Shown here: positions 24,360-37,979 of the stretch, piece by piece
How the letters are laid out: every line of letters starts with the position of its first letter
How positions within the stretch are numbered: the first letter of the stretch is position 1
Assembly: GCF_011386835.1 (NCBI RefSeq)
Contig: NC_088791.1
Location: forward strand, 325,872,001-325,936,000
Length of the DNA stretch: 64,000 bases
Direction: 5' to 3'
Source of the DNA: Chrysemys picta bellii
Lineage: Eukaryota
Notes under the pieces: generated by a model
The model's input: the letters and a program-made list of their open reading frames with translations, nothing else
Databases searched by the model: none
What the model was told of the DNA's origin: nothing
Made by a program: the position numbers and the translations under genes

Positions 24360-26170
24360 CATTCTGTCACTCATCTTCCCCCTCTTCCACCCCCTCCCCC
24401 CCCGCACCTTTCCCTCCTCTCCTGGGCTCAGCCTTTCCTCTGGGAGCTACTGTCCCCACTGGTGGACAAGGTTTCTCTCAACTGGCTCTCTGGCATCACT
24501 ATGGAAGCCTTCTCTGTCTTCCACCTGCAAAAGGTGTATTCAGATGGGTCACATCTGTTTCTGCCTCCCTGTTCTCACACTGGAGGCAACCCTGTACCCC
24601 ACTGGACTTGCGCTTGCTCAGGGGCCTTCTGGTCCTCATCCCCTTAAGCCTTCTTTCTCCACAAAATCCTGTTCTATTTTTGCCCCCTTTTCAGTCCCCT
24701 CTACCTTAGGGTATTCTCCCAGGCCTTTGGATTCTTGGCTTGTCTTCTGACTAACATGCCCCATTTCTTCTTTCTCTAGCCCTCCTGTTGCTTCCTGACC
24801 TATTCCTTGGTACCTCGCCCACCCTGGTCGTGCCCTTTCTGGCCATTTGGCTCTCCGTGAATTCCTTCCCTTCCTAAAACAAAAGGGCTCCAATCTCTTG
24901 TGATTAATACCAGGCGGGGCAAGATCCTGATCACCCTAACCCGCTGCCTTCTAAATGTTCCCCACATGTCCAGAGGTACTCTGGGCAGATTTTCTCCTCC
25001 CCATGAATACACGTCAGTTTTAAACTCTCTCCCAACACCATCTCATAGGGCTTCATCCAGTCTCCTGACCAACACGCATCTTGCGACAGAGTCTATCAGG
25101 CCAGTTCCTTGTGGTTGCCCCAGTCTCGCGGAGATGGTGGGTGTCCCCAGGGTTTCTGTTCACCCACTGAACTCAGCAAAATTACAGTCCACGCGGACTC
25201 TGACCCCCCCCCCCCACACTGATAACTCATCATTAGATGGTGCGTGGGTGCGGTCTCCTTGTCCGCCCTCTTCTTTACTGGTGTCCTTTTCATTGATGGC
25301 TCCCTGCTTTTCCTCCTTGGGTTGTGTCCTCTAAATGGATGGGCTGGTTCATTGGGGTGTCCACCTTCACAAACTCCTCAGAGAGTTTTACAGCAATGTC
25401 TCATGTAGTGGGTTGGTGCCTCTGCAGCAAAACCCTAGTGACCGCGGGCAGTTGCTCCAGAATAAGAGTAATAATAATAATCCCAACTCCTCAGTCATCC
25501 AGTCTCAGCCTCCTACTGGCCCCAATTAGATAAGTTTTGGACAGAGGCCCTAGACCGTGTTCCCTCTGACCATCTTGCCAACCATAACGTCTGCCGGTAC
25601 CGTTCAGCAGATACTCCCATTCAATCTAGAATGGCTGCTTTCACTATATCAGAGTCAGCGGCTTGTACATCACTCACTGCCATATACACAGCTTGTGCCT
25701 CTCCCGAGAGGAAGGGAGCTAATCGGAAAGTGAAACCCTCTTCTCCCAGCCCGCTCCTGAATATTAACAAAAAGGTATTGGTGTCAGGCCCATTTTGCAC
25801 AGTCCTATGCCCATCGCCCAACGTTCCCTGCCGGGGGACTCACCAACTTCTCCGTGAGCTGTTGCTGCACCTGCAGCTGGCTCGTAATAAATTGATGGAG
25901 GCTCCATTGTTGGCCTACCTGCTAGGATAGCCAGGACTGTCTCTCTTGTCGCTGGGTTTGCTGAAACTCTTGGAGGTTTTCTGCGACTCCTTTTGCTGTT
26001 CTGCTACCTGGCACACGGGCTGCTCCATGCTACCCGATCTGCCATCCCGTCTTATTGGCATATTGGAGAGTGGAGGCTTTTGGCCAAGCCCCCAGGATGA
26101 AATACACATTGTAACCAGCCAGCTGTGCAGTTTGGGGCTGTGGAGTGCCACTAAGTTCAGTGATCAGGCC
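24360..26170 (-). mobile_element. Decayed Gypsy (Gmr1-like) internal region: gag with SCAN-like domain and protease remnant
   Basis: Minus-strand peptides with stops and shifts: MEQPVCQVAEQQKES (ATG 26028), RLAPFLSGEAQAVY..IVKAAILD, AERYRQ, LILEQLPAVTRVLLQRHQPTT*DIAVKLSEEF, VLITRDWSPF (protease end). Confidence 0.75.
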
Positions 26171-27014
26171 TAGAATTCAAGGGAGCACTAGATGCCAATC
26201 ATTTCTATCTCTGGTGGGGGAAAGGCAGAGGTCCCCTGTGCCTTTTTCTACTCTCACTGCATTTCCACAGAATTTTGCCCAGTGAACAGCTGCTTTTTGG
26301 TAAACACTGCGATCATTAAATGTCAGTTACTGTTTATGGTTTAACTGCTCTTGAATGCTAGTGAGCAGCTCTCTATTTACAGCAAATTGGCATTTCGCAC
26401 ATTTGGGATTGTGCTGTTAGCTGCACAATAGAGGGGTCAGTTTTCTGTAAATATTGAGATTCGGTAATTATAACCAGACAGTCATTAAAACTCAAAAACA
26501 GATAGAAGACTCTGCTGTGGGCAAACCTCCTTACAGTAAAGGGGACGTTATCAGTGTGATGTGCAGGGATTGAGCTGCCATATTTTATTAACAGTACATT
26601 AATGAGCTAAATCCCCCCACACCACAAGGAAAATGTACCCTGAAGTGTCACAGATGGGCTCAGAAGCCAAAGACATACAGTGGAGAACCTAGGAAATATA
26701 TCCAGATTAAATACCAAACTGGAAAGGCCAGTATTTGCTGACTGTGCCTCGTTATGGTATGGATCCCAGAATAAAGGGCAATCTTAGACATTATGGGGGA
26801 CATACTGACCCCACTGAAGTCAGTGGGAGTTCTGTATAGTTTGTGCTTCAATACCAGTGCAGAAAACACTGTCCATTGACTTTGTGTTGTATTTGCAGCT
26901 CCTCTGAAACTCGTATCCGAAGTGCCTGGAACACTAGCAATTCAGGCTTTGCAATAATTGCATCTGTGGGTGGAAGGCAGCATCTCCTGCCTAGTGGTTA
27001 GAACCCAAGGTGGC

Positions 27015-27583
27015 AGTCACCCCCAATGGCTGGTCTCCAGCGACAGCCTCACCTAGTGGGCGCAGCTCTCGAGTAGCAACTCTGCCTGATGGGTAAAGTC
27101 CTGGACGGCAACCCCAGTTTGTGGGTGCAGTTCATGGGTGGCTGCTCTGCTTAACGGGTACAGTTCAAGGGCGGGATACAGGAACTCCACTGGGTTCTGA
27201 CTCAGGGCCCTGGGAGGCTGGTTTGGCTTTGTTCACCCAGTGGTGTCTGGTGTCAGCCTCAAGTGAGCTTCCCTGGGTCACTTCCTACCTCCCTCTGCAT
27301 CCCAGCTGGCCGCCGTCCGTCCCTGGAGAGTGCTGCCTTCTGGGCTTCCAGCCCTGATCCCAGTCTCTGGGTGCTGCGCCTCCCCCATTCCCTGGCTTAC
27401 ATCCTTCCCTGGAGCTCCCAGAACATGTCTTTCTCCCTGGCCTGCCAGCCCCAACTGAGCTGTCTGGCTCCCTTTTAAATCCTGCCTATAAACCAAGGTG
27501 CTCAGCAGGGGAAGGGCCTCCTTAGCCCAGAGTTGCTCCTTAAACCCCTCCTGTCCAGTGCGGGATTTATATACCCGGTCATA
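27015..27583 (-). mobile_element. Solo LTR, probably Gypsy-type
   Basis: The end cttaaacccctcctgtccagtgcgggatttatatacccggtca resembles turtle LTR termini; TATA-like tataaa inside; no clear TSD. Confidence 0.5.
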
Positions 27584-30299
27584 GCATCAATAACATATTT
27601 TGAATGTCAGTGGAGTTTTGTGACAAGATTTTATTGATTCTCTTTTCAATGTTGATTACCAGGATATCAAAATTACCTGATTTGCACCAATAGGGAGACC
27701 TGATGCATGTTATCGAAATCAGCAAAATCAGCGAACAAACCCCGTTGATAAAAAGCACAGAATGTCATGTAGTTGTATGTTATTAATGATACCCAGAGTG
27801 TACTGGTAAATCTACCACAGAATGTTTTGCAAGAGTAATGAAATCTTAGCAACAAGAGAGGCACTAATGCTTCTTACTAGTGAATTTTTGCTGAGAATCA
27901 GCATGTGACCACACGTTTTTTTTAAAAAGAATTACCTCTTCTGCGGATTGTCCATCTATGCCCCATCACTGGATCTGAGCATCTTTAGTGAGGGAAAATG
28001 CAAAATTAAAATCAAGCCAGTTTATAGTTAGGAATGCTAGCAATAGCACCCTTGTCTGCCCTGCTTGCAGGGATCATTCCTGGCAACACTGGGTGTAACT
28101 ACCACTTTTTGCTACTCCGCTATCGGTGGGCAGAAAGTGCTATTATTATTAGCATGAGCATTCCTGAATTTGATCCAAGGTAACATTTCTGCCAGTTCTG
28201 CATGGGAATGAAAATGAAATGAAAAGGCTTTAAAAACTCCTTGCCACAACGTGAAAAAGGTGTTTGCCGACACACTATCCAGCACAGCCATCTTGCCATG
28301 CCAGGAAGATGGGCCAGTTGTCTGACCCATGCCTCTCCAGGTATGCCATCCTGGACCACCTCTGCTGCCTACAGAGAGACATGGAACAAGGAATGCTGCT
28401 ACACCATGCAGTTGTGTGTGTGAGATAGTTAGACGGAAAACTACGTAGAGACCTGATACAGTTCCCCTGTGTTTAGTCCTTAGCAAAGGACTGTCAAACA
28501 TCTTTTTCACGGTCAGGGAAGGAGTGCCCCTAACTGCTTAGTCCCCAACAGGTGAAGTGGAATTATGCCTTCCTGGCACCACCACACAGGCGCTGTCCCT
28601 CATGCCTCTCCCCTACCTGAGTGAGCATTGTGGGAGGCATAATCTGGTCCCAGGCATGTAGCAGCTTCCAGCAACTGTCAATGGAGTCTGCATTGTGCTT
28701 CTCCTCTGGAAAGGAGTGAATACAGAGGGGCTGGACTAACACGAAATGACAGCCTAATAAGGAAGGAGGTGGGCACAAACCTAAGGACTGCAGGGATTAC
28801 CTCACGTTCAGCACCTTGATGAATCAGAACTCTAGTCAGGAAGGCGAGAGGCCCCTCAGTATGGATCATTGCTAGGGTTCATGGTGCCAGAGTCCATCGA
28901 GCAGGAAAGTACCTTCAAGCAGATTTTCATAGTCTTCCCCTATGGCTAAAAATAGAGAACAACAACTAAAGTAAAGCAACTGATTAAATGTACAGAGCGA
29001 TCATTTTTATGCTCTGATATTTCAGGCGTGCAGGCGGCAGACATTCCCATGCACACGCTCTGTGTAGCTGAAGTGGGATTTTTATTAGTGGCATTTTCTG
29101 ATTAGAGAGGACTTTTGTTTCCTCCTAATACAAGGCACTTCTCCTTCTCCTCAGCTGTTTTCATGGTAGAGGAAAACCAGTTTGTACCTCTGGGCATTAT
29201 TTGGAACGCTAAGCTTGGCCTCGGCTGTAATTTGGTAATTGTCATCTCAGCCGAGCTGTGCCACTGCACTGTAAATACATTTGCAACTGAGTATGCGATA
29301 TTGACACATGGCAGTTCACAGACCTTTTTGGGACAGTGTGAGAAACTGACAATGTCTTTCTGTGTATGTGCGGTAAACCTCTGCAAAATAAAAATCTCAC
29401 CAGTGCAGCAAAACACAACAGTATATAACCCAGTGTAAAACTTAACAACAGCTTGTTTGCCAAATGGTTTGTTTTCCGGGAGGTTCCATTATCTCATGTA
29501 CAAAAGCTTGCTTCTACTCTTTTGCAACCAAAAGACACCAAACCAAAATAGTAAAATGTTACTCTTTGTTGGTACTCTCTGCTAAACAACAACACATGAC
29601 ATCTGGTACACCACAGAACCCAGAAACCTAATGCAGAACATGACAGCACACTTCTGGCAGCATCCTGTACTTTATAAAGCAAAAGGGGAAGGTAGTGTGG
29701 AGACCAGCAGAGATCTAATGGGGAGGGGGGACATATGAATGTGGGCCTCGATTCCCCATCATCTTGACCAATCAAAGGCAACTTTAACATTTTTGGGCCG
29801 AACCAGTGAAACAATAACCCTCCCCCCCCCACAATTTATATCCATTCTTATCACACTTTGATATACAACGGCGCTGGCCTAAGGATCTGGGGGAGGCAGA
29901 GTGAGAGGACACTTTGGAGTACACACCCCACACTCAGCTGACTCGCTTGATATCAAGAAGTGTTGTGGAGGGAAGGATGGAAGGGGTTGGGGGGACCTGG
30001 AGCTTTAGGCCGCTTCCTGCTGCAGATGTTTAAGAAAATGAAAGCAGAGACTCTTCTTTTCATTTCTAGACCGCACCCCCAATCAGGGGGCTCCCAGCCA
30101 TGGATTTTGAAAGACCCAAAGGCTGACGTCTGTGACAAAGAGTTTAAGCCAAGGAGACCTCGTTTTTCCAAAGCAAGTACTTAAGATAGCAGGTCATTCA
30201 AACCAGGGTCCTCAAAATTCCACCTGCCTCAGGATTCTTGGAGCATTCATTTCCTCACATCATACTCAATATCCTAGAGGCACCTGCAATGGGCTCCTG

Positions 30300-31355
30300 C
30301 TGACACAATGGAGAGAGATAAATAGTGGGATGCCCCAAGGATCAATATGCGGACCAGTCCTGTTCAACATTTTGTAATGATCTGGAAAAGGGGTTGAACA
30401 GTGAGATGGCACCATTTGCAGATGATACAAAATTACAAGAGAGTTAAGTCCACAGCGGATGGTGACAAGTTATAAAGGGATCTCACCAAACTGGGAGACT
30501 GGGCAGCAAAATGGCAGATGAAATTCAGTGTTGGTAAGTGCAAAGTAATGCACGTTGTAAATAATAATCCCAACTATACACACAAAATGATGGGGTCTAA
30601 ATTAGCTGTTGCCACTCAAAAAAGAGATCTTGGAGTCACTGTGGATGGTTCTCTCAAAACATTCGCTCTAAGTGCAGCGGCAGTCAAAAACGCTAACAGG
30701 ATGTTAGGAACCATTGGTTAAGAGATAGAAAATATCACAATGGCACTGTATAAATCCATGGTACACCACACCTTGCAGGTCTGGTCACTCCACCTTAAAA
30801 AAGATATATTAGAATTGGAAAAGATGCAGAGAAAGGCAAAGAAAATGGTTAGGGAAGTGGAACAGCTTCCACGCAGGAGAGATGAAAAAGATGGGGGCTG
30901 TTCATCCAAGAAAAGAGATGATTAAGGGGGGTATGGTAGAGGTCTGTAAAATCATGACCGGTGTGGAGAAAGGAAGTGTTATTTACCCCTTCCTATAACA
31001 CAAGAACTAGGGATTACCTGATGAAATTAACAAAAGGAAGTTGTTTTTTACACAGCATGCAGTCAGCCTCTGGAGCGTGTTGTCATGAGATGTTGTGAGG
31101 GTTCAAAAAAGAATTCTATAAGTTTACGGAGAATAGGTCCAAGGGCTATTAGCCCAGATGGGATGCAACCTCATGCTCCAAGTGTCCCTAAACCTCCAAC
31201 TGCTGGAAGCTGGGACTGGACGACTGGGGATGGATCACTCTAAATTGCCCTCTTGTGTTCATTTCCTCTGACACATCTGGCACTGGCCCATGTCAGAGAC
31301 AGAATACTGGGCTAGATGGACCATTGGTCTGACCCAATGTGGCTGTTCTTATGTA
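30300..31355 (+). mobile_element. 5'-truncated CR1 LINE (RT C-terminal part and 3'UTR), frameshifted
   Basis: Peptides SGMPQGSICGPVLFNI, FADDTKL, WQMKFSVGKCKVMH and KRDLGVTVD; CR1-type 3'UTR ending ggctgttcttatg. Confidence 0.9.
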
Positions 31356-33666
31356 TGATGCTCTGACACTGTGGTGATGAGCGTAGTATAAGAAAGTATA
31401 GAATAGAACTTTAAATGTGAAAGCAGTTACAGCAGTTGCTGATGTAACTTGCTGAGTCAGGACCTTAATGTCACAGAGGACCAAGCACAGCCCCTTCACA
31501 GCCCTACCTTCCCAAGGTGTAGGAGTTTCTGGGTCTGGTGTGGGAATAATGTACGGCACCTTTCTGATATTTTATTTCACTTATATGTGGCATTGTATAC
31601 TGCATTGATGGTATTTGTAGTAGAGATAGTTTTATGACACAAAATTTGGACTCAGATCTGGATGTCACAGATATTGGAGATTTTCGAATCGGATGTTTAG
31701 AGTGTATATGGCCCAGTGCTTAGCCGTCTTTGTCCTTGCAAGAAAGTGTGCAAGATACTGCAGCCATAGTGAGCCAGCCCTTTGAAAAGCAAAGAGGTGC
31801 GGCATTATGGGAGCATTGCAACCCTTTTATCTCTGACTTCTTCTCAACACACTGCTGTAGTGGTACATTACAACACAGGCACTTTCGTGATGCATGTGTC
31901 AGCCCACCCAAAGGCACTTAAAGGTTTGGAATATAGGGAAGAAAAACAAAACTTTAAGACTTATGCGTATTCACTGGGATGTTCTGGCCCTAAAAACAAA
32001 AGCGTTGATCCTGCAGGCATCTCCATACACAGATCACCCATTGACTTCAGTGGGAGTTACGCTAAGAGGAGGAGTCAGGACTGGACTCAGAATAAAAGAA
32101 GAGGCACTGGGTGCATGGCAGGATCAGACCCCGATTGCATACACACAACAGAAGAGACAGAAATTTCTATTACATGTATAGCACATGGAAACTTAAAGCC
32201 TGCGTCCCTTCTTTGATTCTCAGTAAATTTCCCACTCTATTTTCAGATTGTATCGGCCAGGATCTTCAGCTACTGTAAATCAGTATAGTTCTAGTGACAT
32301 AACAGCAGTAGCATCTGGCCCTAATTCTGTAACCAAAAGATACCAATTTTTTTTTTTTTTGTGAGCAGGGAAAAATATATCCTTTTTGTTTGACTAAAAT
32401 GGAATAAAACATCCAGTTAGCTGCTGAAAAGGAAAATAAACTTCATCTTTAGCCTTATGCTTTATTGGTACAAATATTGCGGGTCTATTATCCATTCCAC
32501 ATAAAACCCCATACAACATACCTTTTTAATTGTCTGGCTAATTGTTTGGCCTCTGAGCTGGCTATTTCCGATTGTCTAATTCTCAGTAGAATGCCAGCTG
32601 ACACTGAGTTCTCAAAAGCTCCTTTTAGCTGCTTTTAACCACTTATATTCTAATTGGGAAGTGCTGAAAACACTTCCAGAAAGGCAATCAACAGTAAGAA
32701 ACGCAGTGTGAATGTTCCTCTTCTGTAATACATTTCAAAATTTGAAATCCTGTTCTAAAGTCGTTTTGGTGCTGGTTTAAATTAGTATGTCCCTACAAAT
32801 TCACAGAGTGTTTATTAGTGTTCAGAAAGGTGCAAAACAAAGGGACAAATCCTGCGGTCGGTATTCAAGGAAATCTCCCCGTGAAGTTAGTGGAATTTTA
32901 TTCCTGAGTAAGGGACAGATAATGATGGCAGGGTTTGGGCCGTAGACTAGAGCAGTGCATGGTCATGTGTCGTTATAGTACAGTACTCCCAACCATTTGT
33001 GTTAAGTGTTTCGGAGGAAGCTATGTTGATACTGTAAGAGTCAAAATCTTGTGTTCATGTTTTAAACCAAAGCGGACAAATTCTGCCCACGCAGCTCTTC
33101 ATTCATTTCAGTGGAAGCTATAGGCACAACTCTGGGGGCAGAATTTGGCTCACTTGGTAGGATTAGCTGGCATAGTTCTCTGTTGTCTATTCCTTCCCTT
33201 TTTTTCTTTGTAGCCCTTTCCCAACGTGGTGTAAGATCTGGGGCAGGAGCAACATATTATTGGGAAGCGATCCCACATTGCCATCAGAATGAACAAGCAC
33301 GGTCTAGTATAAAGACTCTCTTGTTCAAACCTATTTGAAGTTCATATGGAGATCACTACAGCTCTGCTCAGTATTAGTGTTGGACCGAGAGGGATGGGTT
33401 TGGGGTTAGAGACTACTCATCAATCAGATTTTGCATTTGCAGCCCTCATTTTAGCAAAACCAAACTTTGAAACTCTGGAATGGATGTGGAGGGATTCAGT
33501 AAAAGATTTTGGTGGTGCCTTGACTTCATAGCAGGCAAACAGAGATAATTTTCGTTTCTCTCTTGCAAGACTTTATTGATTGAAGTTTGGTTTTGCTAAC
33601 TAAAACCATGGTGGCTTGGATGTGGGTTCTATGCTATACAAGCTACTGAAGTTTGAGGATTTAGAT

Positions 33667-33941
33667 CAGGGGTAGGTAACCTGTGGCACACAAGCTGATT
33701 TTCAGTGGCACTCACACTGCCCGGGTCCTGGCCACCGGTCCGGGGGGCTCTGCATTTTAATTTAATTTTAAATGAAGCTTCTTAAATATTTTAAAAACCT
33801 TATTTACTTTACGTACAACAATAGACTTATAGAAAGAGACCTTCTAAAAAAGTTAAAATGTATGACTGCCACGCGAAACCTTAAATTAGAGTGAATAAAT
33901 GAAGACTCGGCACACCACTTCTGAAAGGTTGCTGACCCCTG
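33667..33941 (+). mobile_element. hAT-Charlie-type MITE, AT-rich family
   Basis: TIRs caggggtaggtaacc and ggttgctgacccctg; perfect TSD atttagat. Confidence 0.9.
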
Positions 33942-34608
33942 ATTTAGATAAAAAGTTGTGCTTTGGTTTTATCATGAATATTACACTGAGGTTTCTCAGA
34001 TGTGCAAGAGAAGAGTCGTATTGAGTGGTTTAAACACTTGTAAGGTGATGAGTGCCCTCAGGTCTCATGGAAACCAATGGAAGCTGAAGTCTATGGGAGG
34101 TGACAGTGCAGAGCACTGTGTTAGATTGGGCCCCATGTGAAGGAGTTTGATCAGTTTCAGCTGCTATTCAGTGCTGGGCTGTGTGAAACTGACAAGAATC
34201 ATGTCAATTTCAGTCAGCAGGTGCCAGGAATCCTGGGGAGCTTATTTCCTTTTGGAAATACCATGTGTTGGTGTTTCCAAAATGAAATATTGCAGGATTT
34301 TCAGTCCCACAAAAATATTTGAGTTTCTGGCTTTTCATCCCCATTCAGGAGGGAAAAAAATTCTGAAAACTTGAAAATTTTCCCAGGACTGAAATTTCGT
34401 TTCCTGTCCAGCTCTAGAAAATGCTCTTTACTGCTCCCCTGAAAACAATACAGTTGCATTTATTCTTCGCTGCACAATGATCCCCCCAAGATATGGTAAA
34501 TATATGTGGTAGTGTGAGCAACGGTCAGTGCTATTAATGACATTTCCTGCCAATGAGGGTAGACCATATGCCTGGCATAAATGTTTGTTCTGTTTATATC
34601 TTGTTCAG

Positions 34609-34665
34609 AGGATGTAGTAGCAGAGTTTGATATCAACAATCTCTTCTGTTTTGAAAGATAAAATG
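34609..34665 (+). other. Candidate exon B (57 nt, stops in all three frames, ends in ATG)
   Basis: Acceptor tgtttatatcttgttcag ending at 34608; strong donor ATG|GTAAGG at 34666. Confidence 0.55.
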
Positions 34666-35145
34666 GTAAGGAGAATAAATGTTTATCCCACCTCCCAGCT
34701 CAACGTATTTGTTCTAAAAGCCAGTCCCAGAGACCACAAGCAGAGCTATTGTAGTTCATAGACCCGTGTTACCACAATGTAATTTATTCAGACCAGCAGC
34801 AGTGTTTCTTTTGCTAAGATGAAGAAGAAAATCCTTACATTTAGAAAGATAACCTGCATTTTTCATTATTAGTTTTATTGCACTGTTATCTTTACTGAAT
34901 GTTCTATTTAAAGTACTTTATCTGCTTTAACATGGATTACACTTACTTTTTTTTTCCTTTAAGAAAACCCTGAACCTTTCTTCACATTCTTTCTCTTTGC
35001 ATGGAAAAAAGATGCTTACTGGAGTTTCTTTCCATTGTGCAAATTAGTCGATAGAATTTCTGTTTTTATCATTTTCTTATTTAAAAGCCTGGGAAATTTC
35101 ATCCAAAAAACTCTTTATCCATTCACTTCCTATAGCTCTCTACGT

Positions 35146-35451
35146 CAGGGGCTGGCAACCTTTCAGAAGTGCTGTGCCGAGTCTTCATTTATTCACTCTA
35201 ATTTAAGGTTTTGTGTGCCAGTAATACATTTTAACCTTTTTAGAAGGTCTCTTTCTATAAGTCTATAATATATAACTAAACTATTGTTGTACGTAAAGTA
35301 AATAAGGTTTTTAAAATGTTTAAGAAGCTTCATTTAAAATTAAATTAAAATGCAGAGCCCCCCAGACCGGTGGCCAGGACCAGTGTGAGTGCCACTGAAA
35401 ATCAGCTCGCATTCCGCATTTGGCACGTGTGCCATAGGTTGCCTACCCCTG
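35146..35451 (-). mobile_element. hAT-Charlie-type MITE, same family as 33667-33941 but inverted
   Basis: Reverse complement aligns along 33667-33941; flanks ctctacgt/ctcgacat. Confidence 0.9.
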
Positions 35452-35899
35452 CTCGACATCATTCTCTGTATACCTTTCAATTTCTGCTGCACGGTGCAGA
35501 GGATCTATGCTTGACTTTGAGTAATGTTAGGTTTTGTGTGCCTTTTGGGAGGAGGGTATTCTTAACCAATATATAAGAAGACAGATCCCTGCCCCAAAGG
35601 GATTGCATTCTGCACAGAAAAAACTCGCACGCACTCCTGTGTAGATATGTATAAAAATGACATGCAAAGGCTGTGGGAGAGATGCAGCACTAGACTTTTT
35701 TTTCTTTATATTCACCTCCTAGGTTTGTATCTGTGTTTTAACCCTTGGCTAATTCCCTTTGTTTCTTTACCTTTGTCAATTTTTTGCCTGCATTTCTCAT
35801 TGTTAAAGAGTAATCTGTGGCTATCTGGTTAATTTTCCTTTTTTAAGTATAAAGTATGAATAAACCCTTTCCCTCTTGCTGTTGTGTGGTAGTTCTGTT

Positions 35900-36370
35900 A
35901 AGGCCAAGATTTTCAAAAATAGGAGCCTAAAGTTGGGCTCTTTAAATCTATAAAATTTGAAAAAGTGGACTAATTTTCAAAAATGCTAAGCACCCAAAAG
36001 TCAATGGGAGTTGCTGGGGGTTCAGTGATTTTGAAAATCAGGACATTCATCCATTATTGTGGCTAGAGGAGCTTATGGACCTAAATCCATGTATAGGCAC
36101 CTAAATGCAAGGGTGCTGATTTTCAGATATGTTGAACATCCGCAACTCCAGTTGAAAGCAATGGCTTAGCAACTATGAAAATTAGAGAACTTATTTAGGA
36201 ATCTAGGTAGGATTTAGGTGATGTTAAGCACCTGCTTTTGAAAATGTTGGCCTAGGGTGAGAGTTTCAAAACTGTTCAGTATTGGCCTACCTCTGCTCCC
36301 AGTGAAGCCAGTGGAATCCTGGGAGTGGAGTTAGGTGAATGCAGAACACTTTTGAAAATCTCACCCTCAG
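35900..36370. mobile_element. Cluster of old palindromic MITEs with attttcaaaa/ttttgaaaat termini (similar at about 38555-38800 and 62870-63080)
   Basis: Repeated gattttcaaaa ... ttttgaaaatc terminal motifs with aggcacctaa interiors. Confidence 0.5.
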
Positions 36371-37979
36371 TGCATGAACATTTTGTGTTTAACAAGGATG
36401 CAGCAATAGAATATGATACACATCTGTCCCGTGGCTGAGTTAACATTGTGGGAGAACCTTTAGCTTCTAGAATTCTCAGACCTGAGTGCTTGAATTTGCA
36501 GCCTCAGTGCTCCATGAATACTACTAGATTTTTTGCATTTAATTTCCCTGTGTGTGTGCTGTGGGTTTTTTTTAACGAAAAAATGGAAAAACACAGAGCA
36601 GTTAGCTTGCAAAGTTTGCAAGTTCCACAGGTGTTGCCACCTGGCAAACTCTTTGCCCTGAAACTAATACGCTGGTGGAGTTACAATTGTTCTGTAAACT
36701 CCTTCAGATGCTGCACTGAATTCAGTGAGGCTTTGTGATGATGCAGGGGTTTGTCAGGGTAGAGCATCTTAAAGGCTCTCTACCTTAAACTGAAACCAAG
36801 CAGCTTTTTAACTCTTTCTTAACTCCAAACTCGTTGGCAAGATTTTGATCAAATGGTTGTTATTTTTTTATTATGATCTTCTTTATGGTCTGAGCCTGCA
36901 TAATATTTTATCACTGATTGAACTGGAAGCAGGATCAGATCTTTAGAGACCAAGCTTGGAAAAGCTGAGTCCAAAAGGTGTGAAAACGGGATTAGAATGG
37001 AAATTGGTTTGCATCCTTACCTATGTAATACCAGCCAGCGTAACTGGTATAACAATACAGGGGAAGCAGCATTATTTAGCTAACAGAGGCAGGTTTCTGA
37101 ACATCAGCTGTAGATGATTTACCACCTTTCCTTTGACAGCTACAGGATTAAATGTCCTCTTGAGTCAGAGATAGCTGCCTATCAGGAGATTTACCTGTGA
37201 ACGTTTCCCCTGAGTGAGACAATCTGGATTTAATAAAGATGCCAGATTAACCAAGAGAAAATGTGAGGCTACAGAGGCCCTCATGATTAAGTGACAAAAG
37301 GGAGGTGGAAACTGGGAGGAAATGAGGAGAAACACAAGGGAACACCAAATTCAAAATATGTCCTGAAAGCCAAGAGAGGCTAGAAACACCTGGGTAGAAG
37401 CTTTGAGAGGCTCGTTGGTGGCAAGAGACTGGCTCACACAGTGCCCAGGTACCCCTGGATAGCACTGGCCTTGAGTCTTTGCTTGTCTTCTCCTTGAAAA
37501 TGTGGCAAAATACTGCAAAAGTTTCTAGTGTTATTTATAGAAATAAGATCAAATGAAAGACAGGTTTGGGGTTAGTAAAACTTTGTGGTTCAAGAGCTGT
37601 AAAACCGAAAGTCTGCTTCGGATTCAGACCCACTGGATCTGAGTCCTCCGTTCAGGGAGAGGAGAATTCATTGACACGGGCCCAGTTTTTTTCCGTTTGC
37701 TAATAAATCTCGTCAGTCAGGCAGCCCGCCACGGATAACTCCTATGAACCCCTTGTGATAGGCATGCCGTACTTTAGATCAGTTCAGCTCTGCCCGCTTG
37801 TTCAAACTTGAACAAACTCAATCATTTAATCTGGAAAAGGTTCCCAACGCAAGCGGGTGGTTTTGTGGTGGAAGGTTTAAAACACATCATTGAAAAGCTG
37901 ACTCTGAAGACCTGGGAATATATTTCCATCTCTGTGTGTGAAGATCTGCGTGTGTAACAGCCAATAGAGAAAGGTTAAA

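Noticed and set aside
26170-27583. Treating the 27015-27583 LTR as the 5' LTR of the Gypsy gag relic
   Set aside because: About 850 bp of unrelated-looking sequence separates them, with no clear PBS and no matching second LTR.
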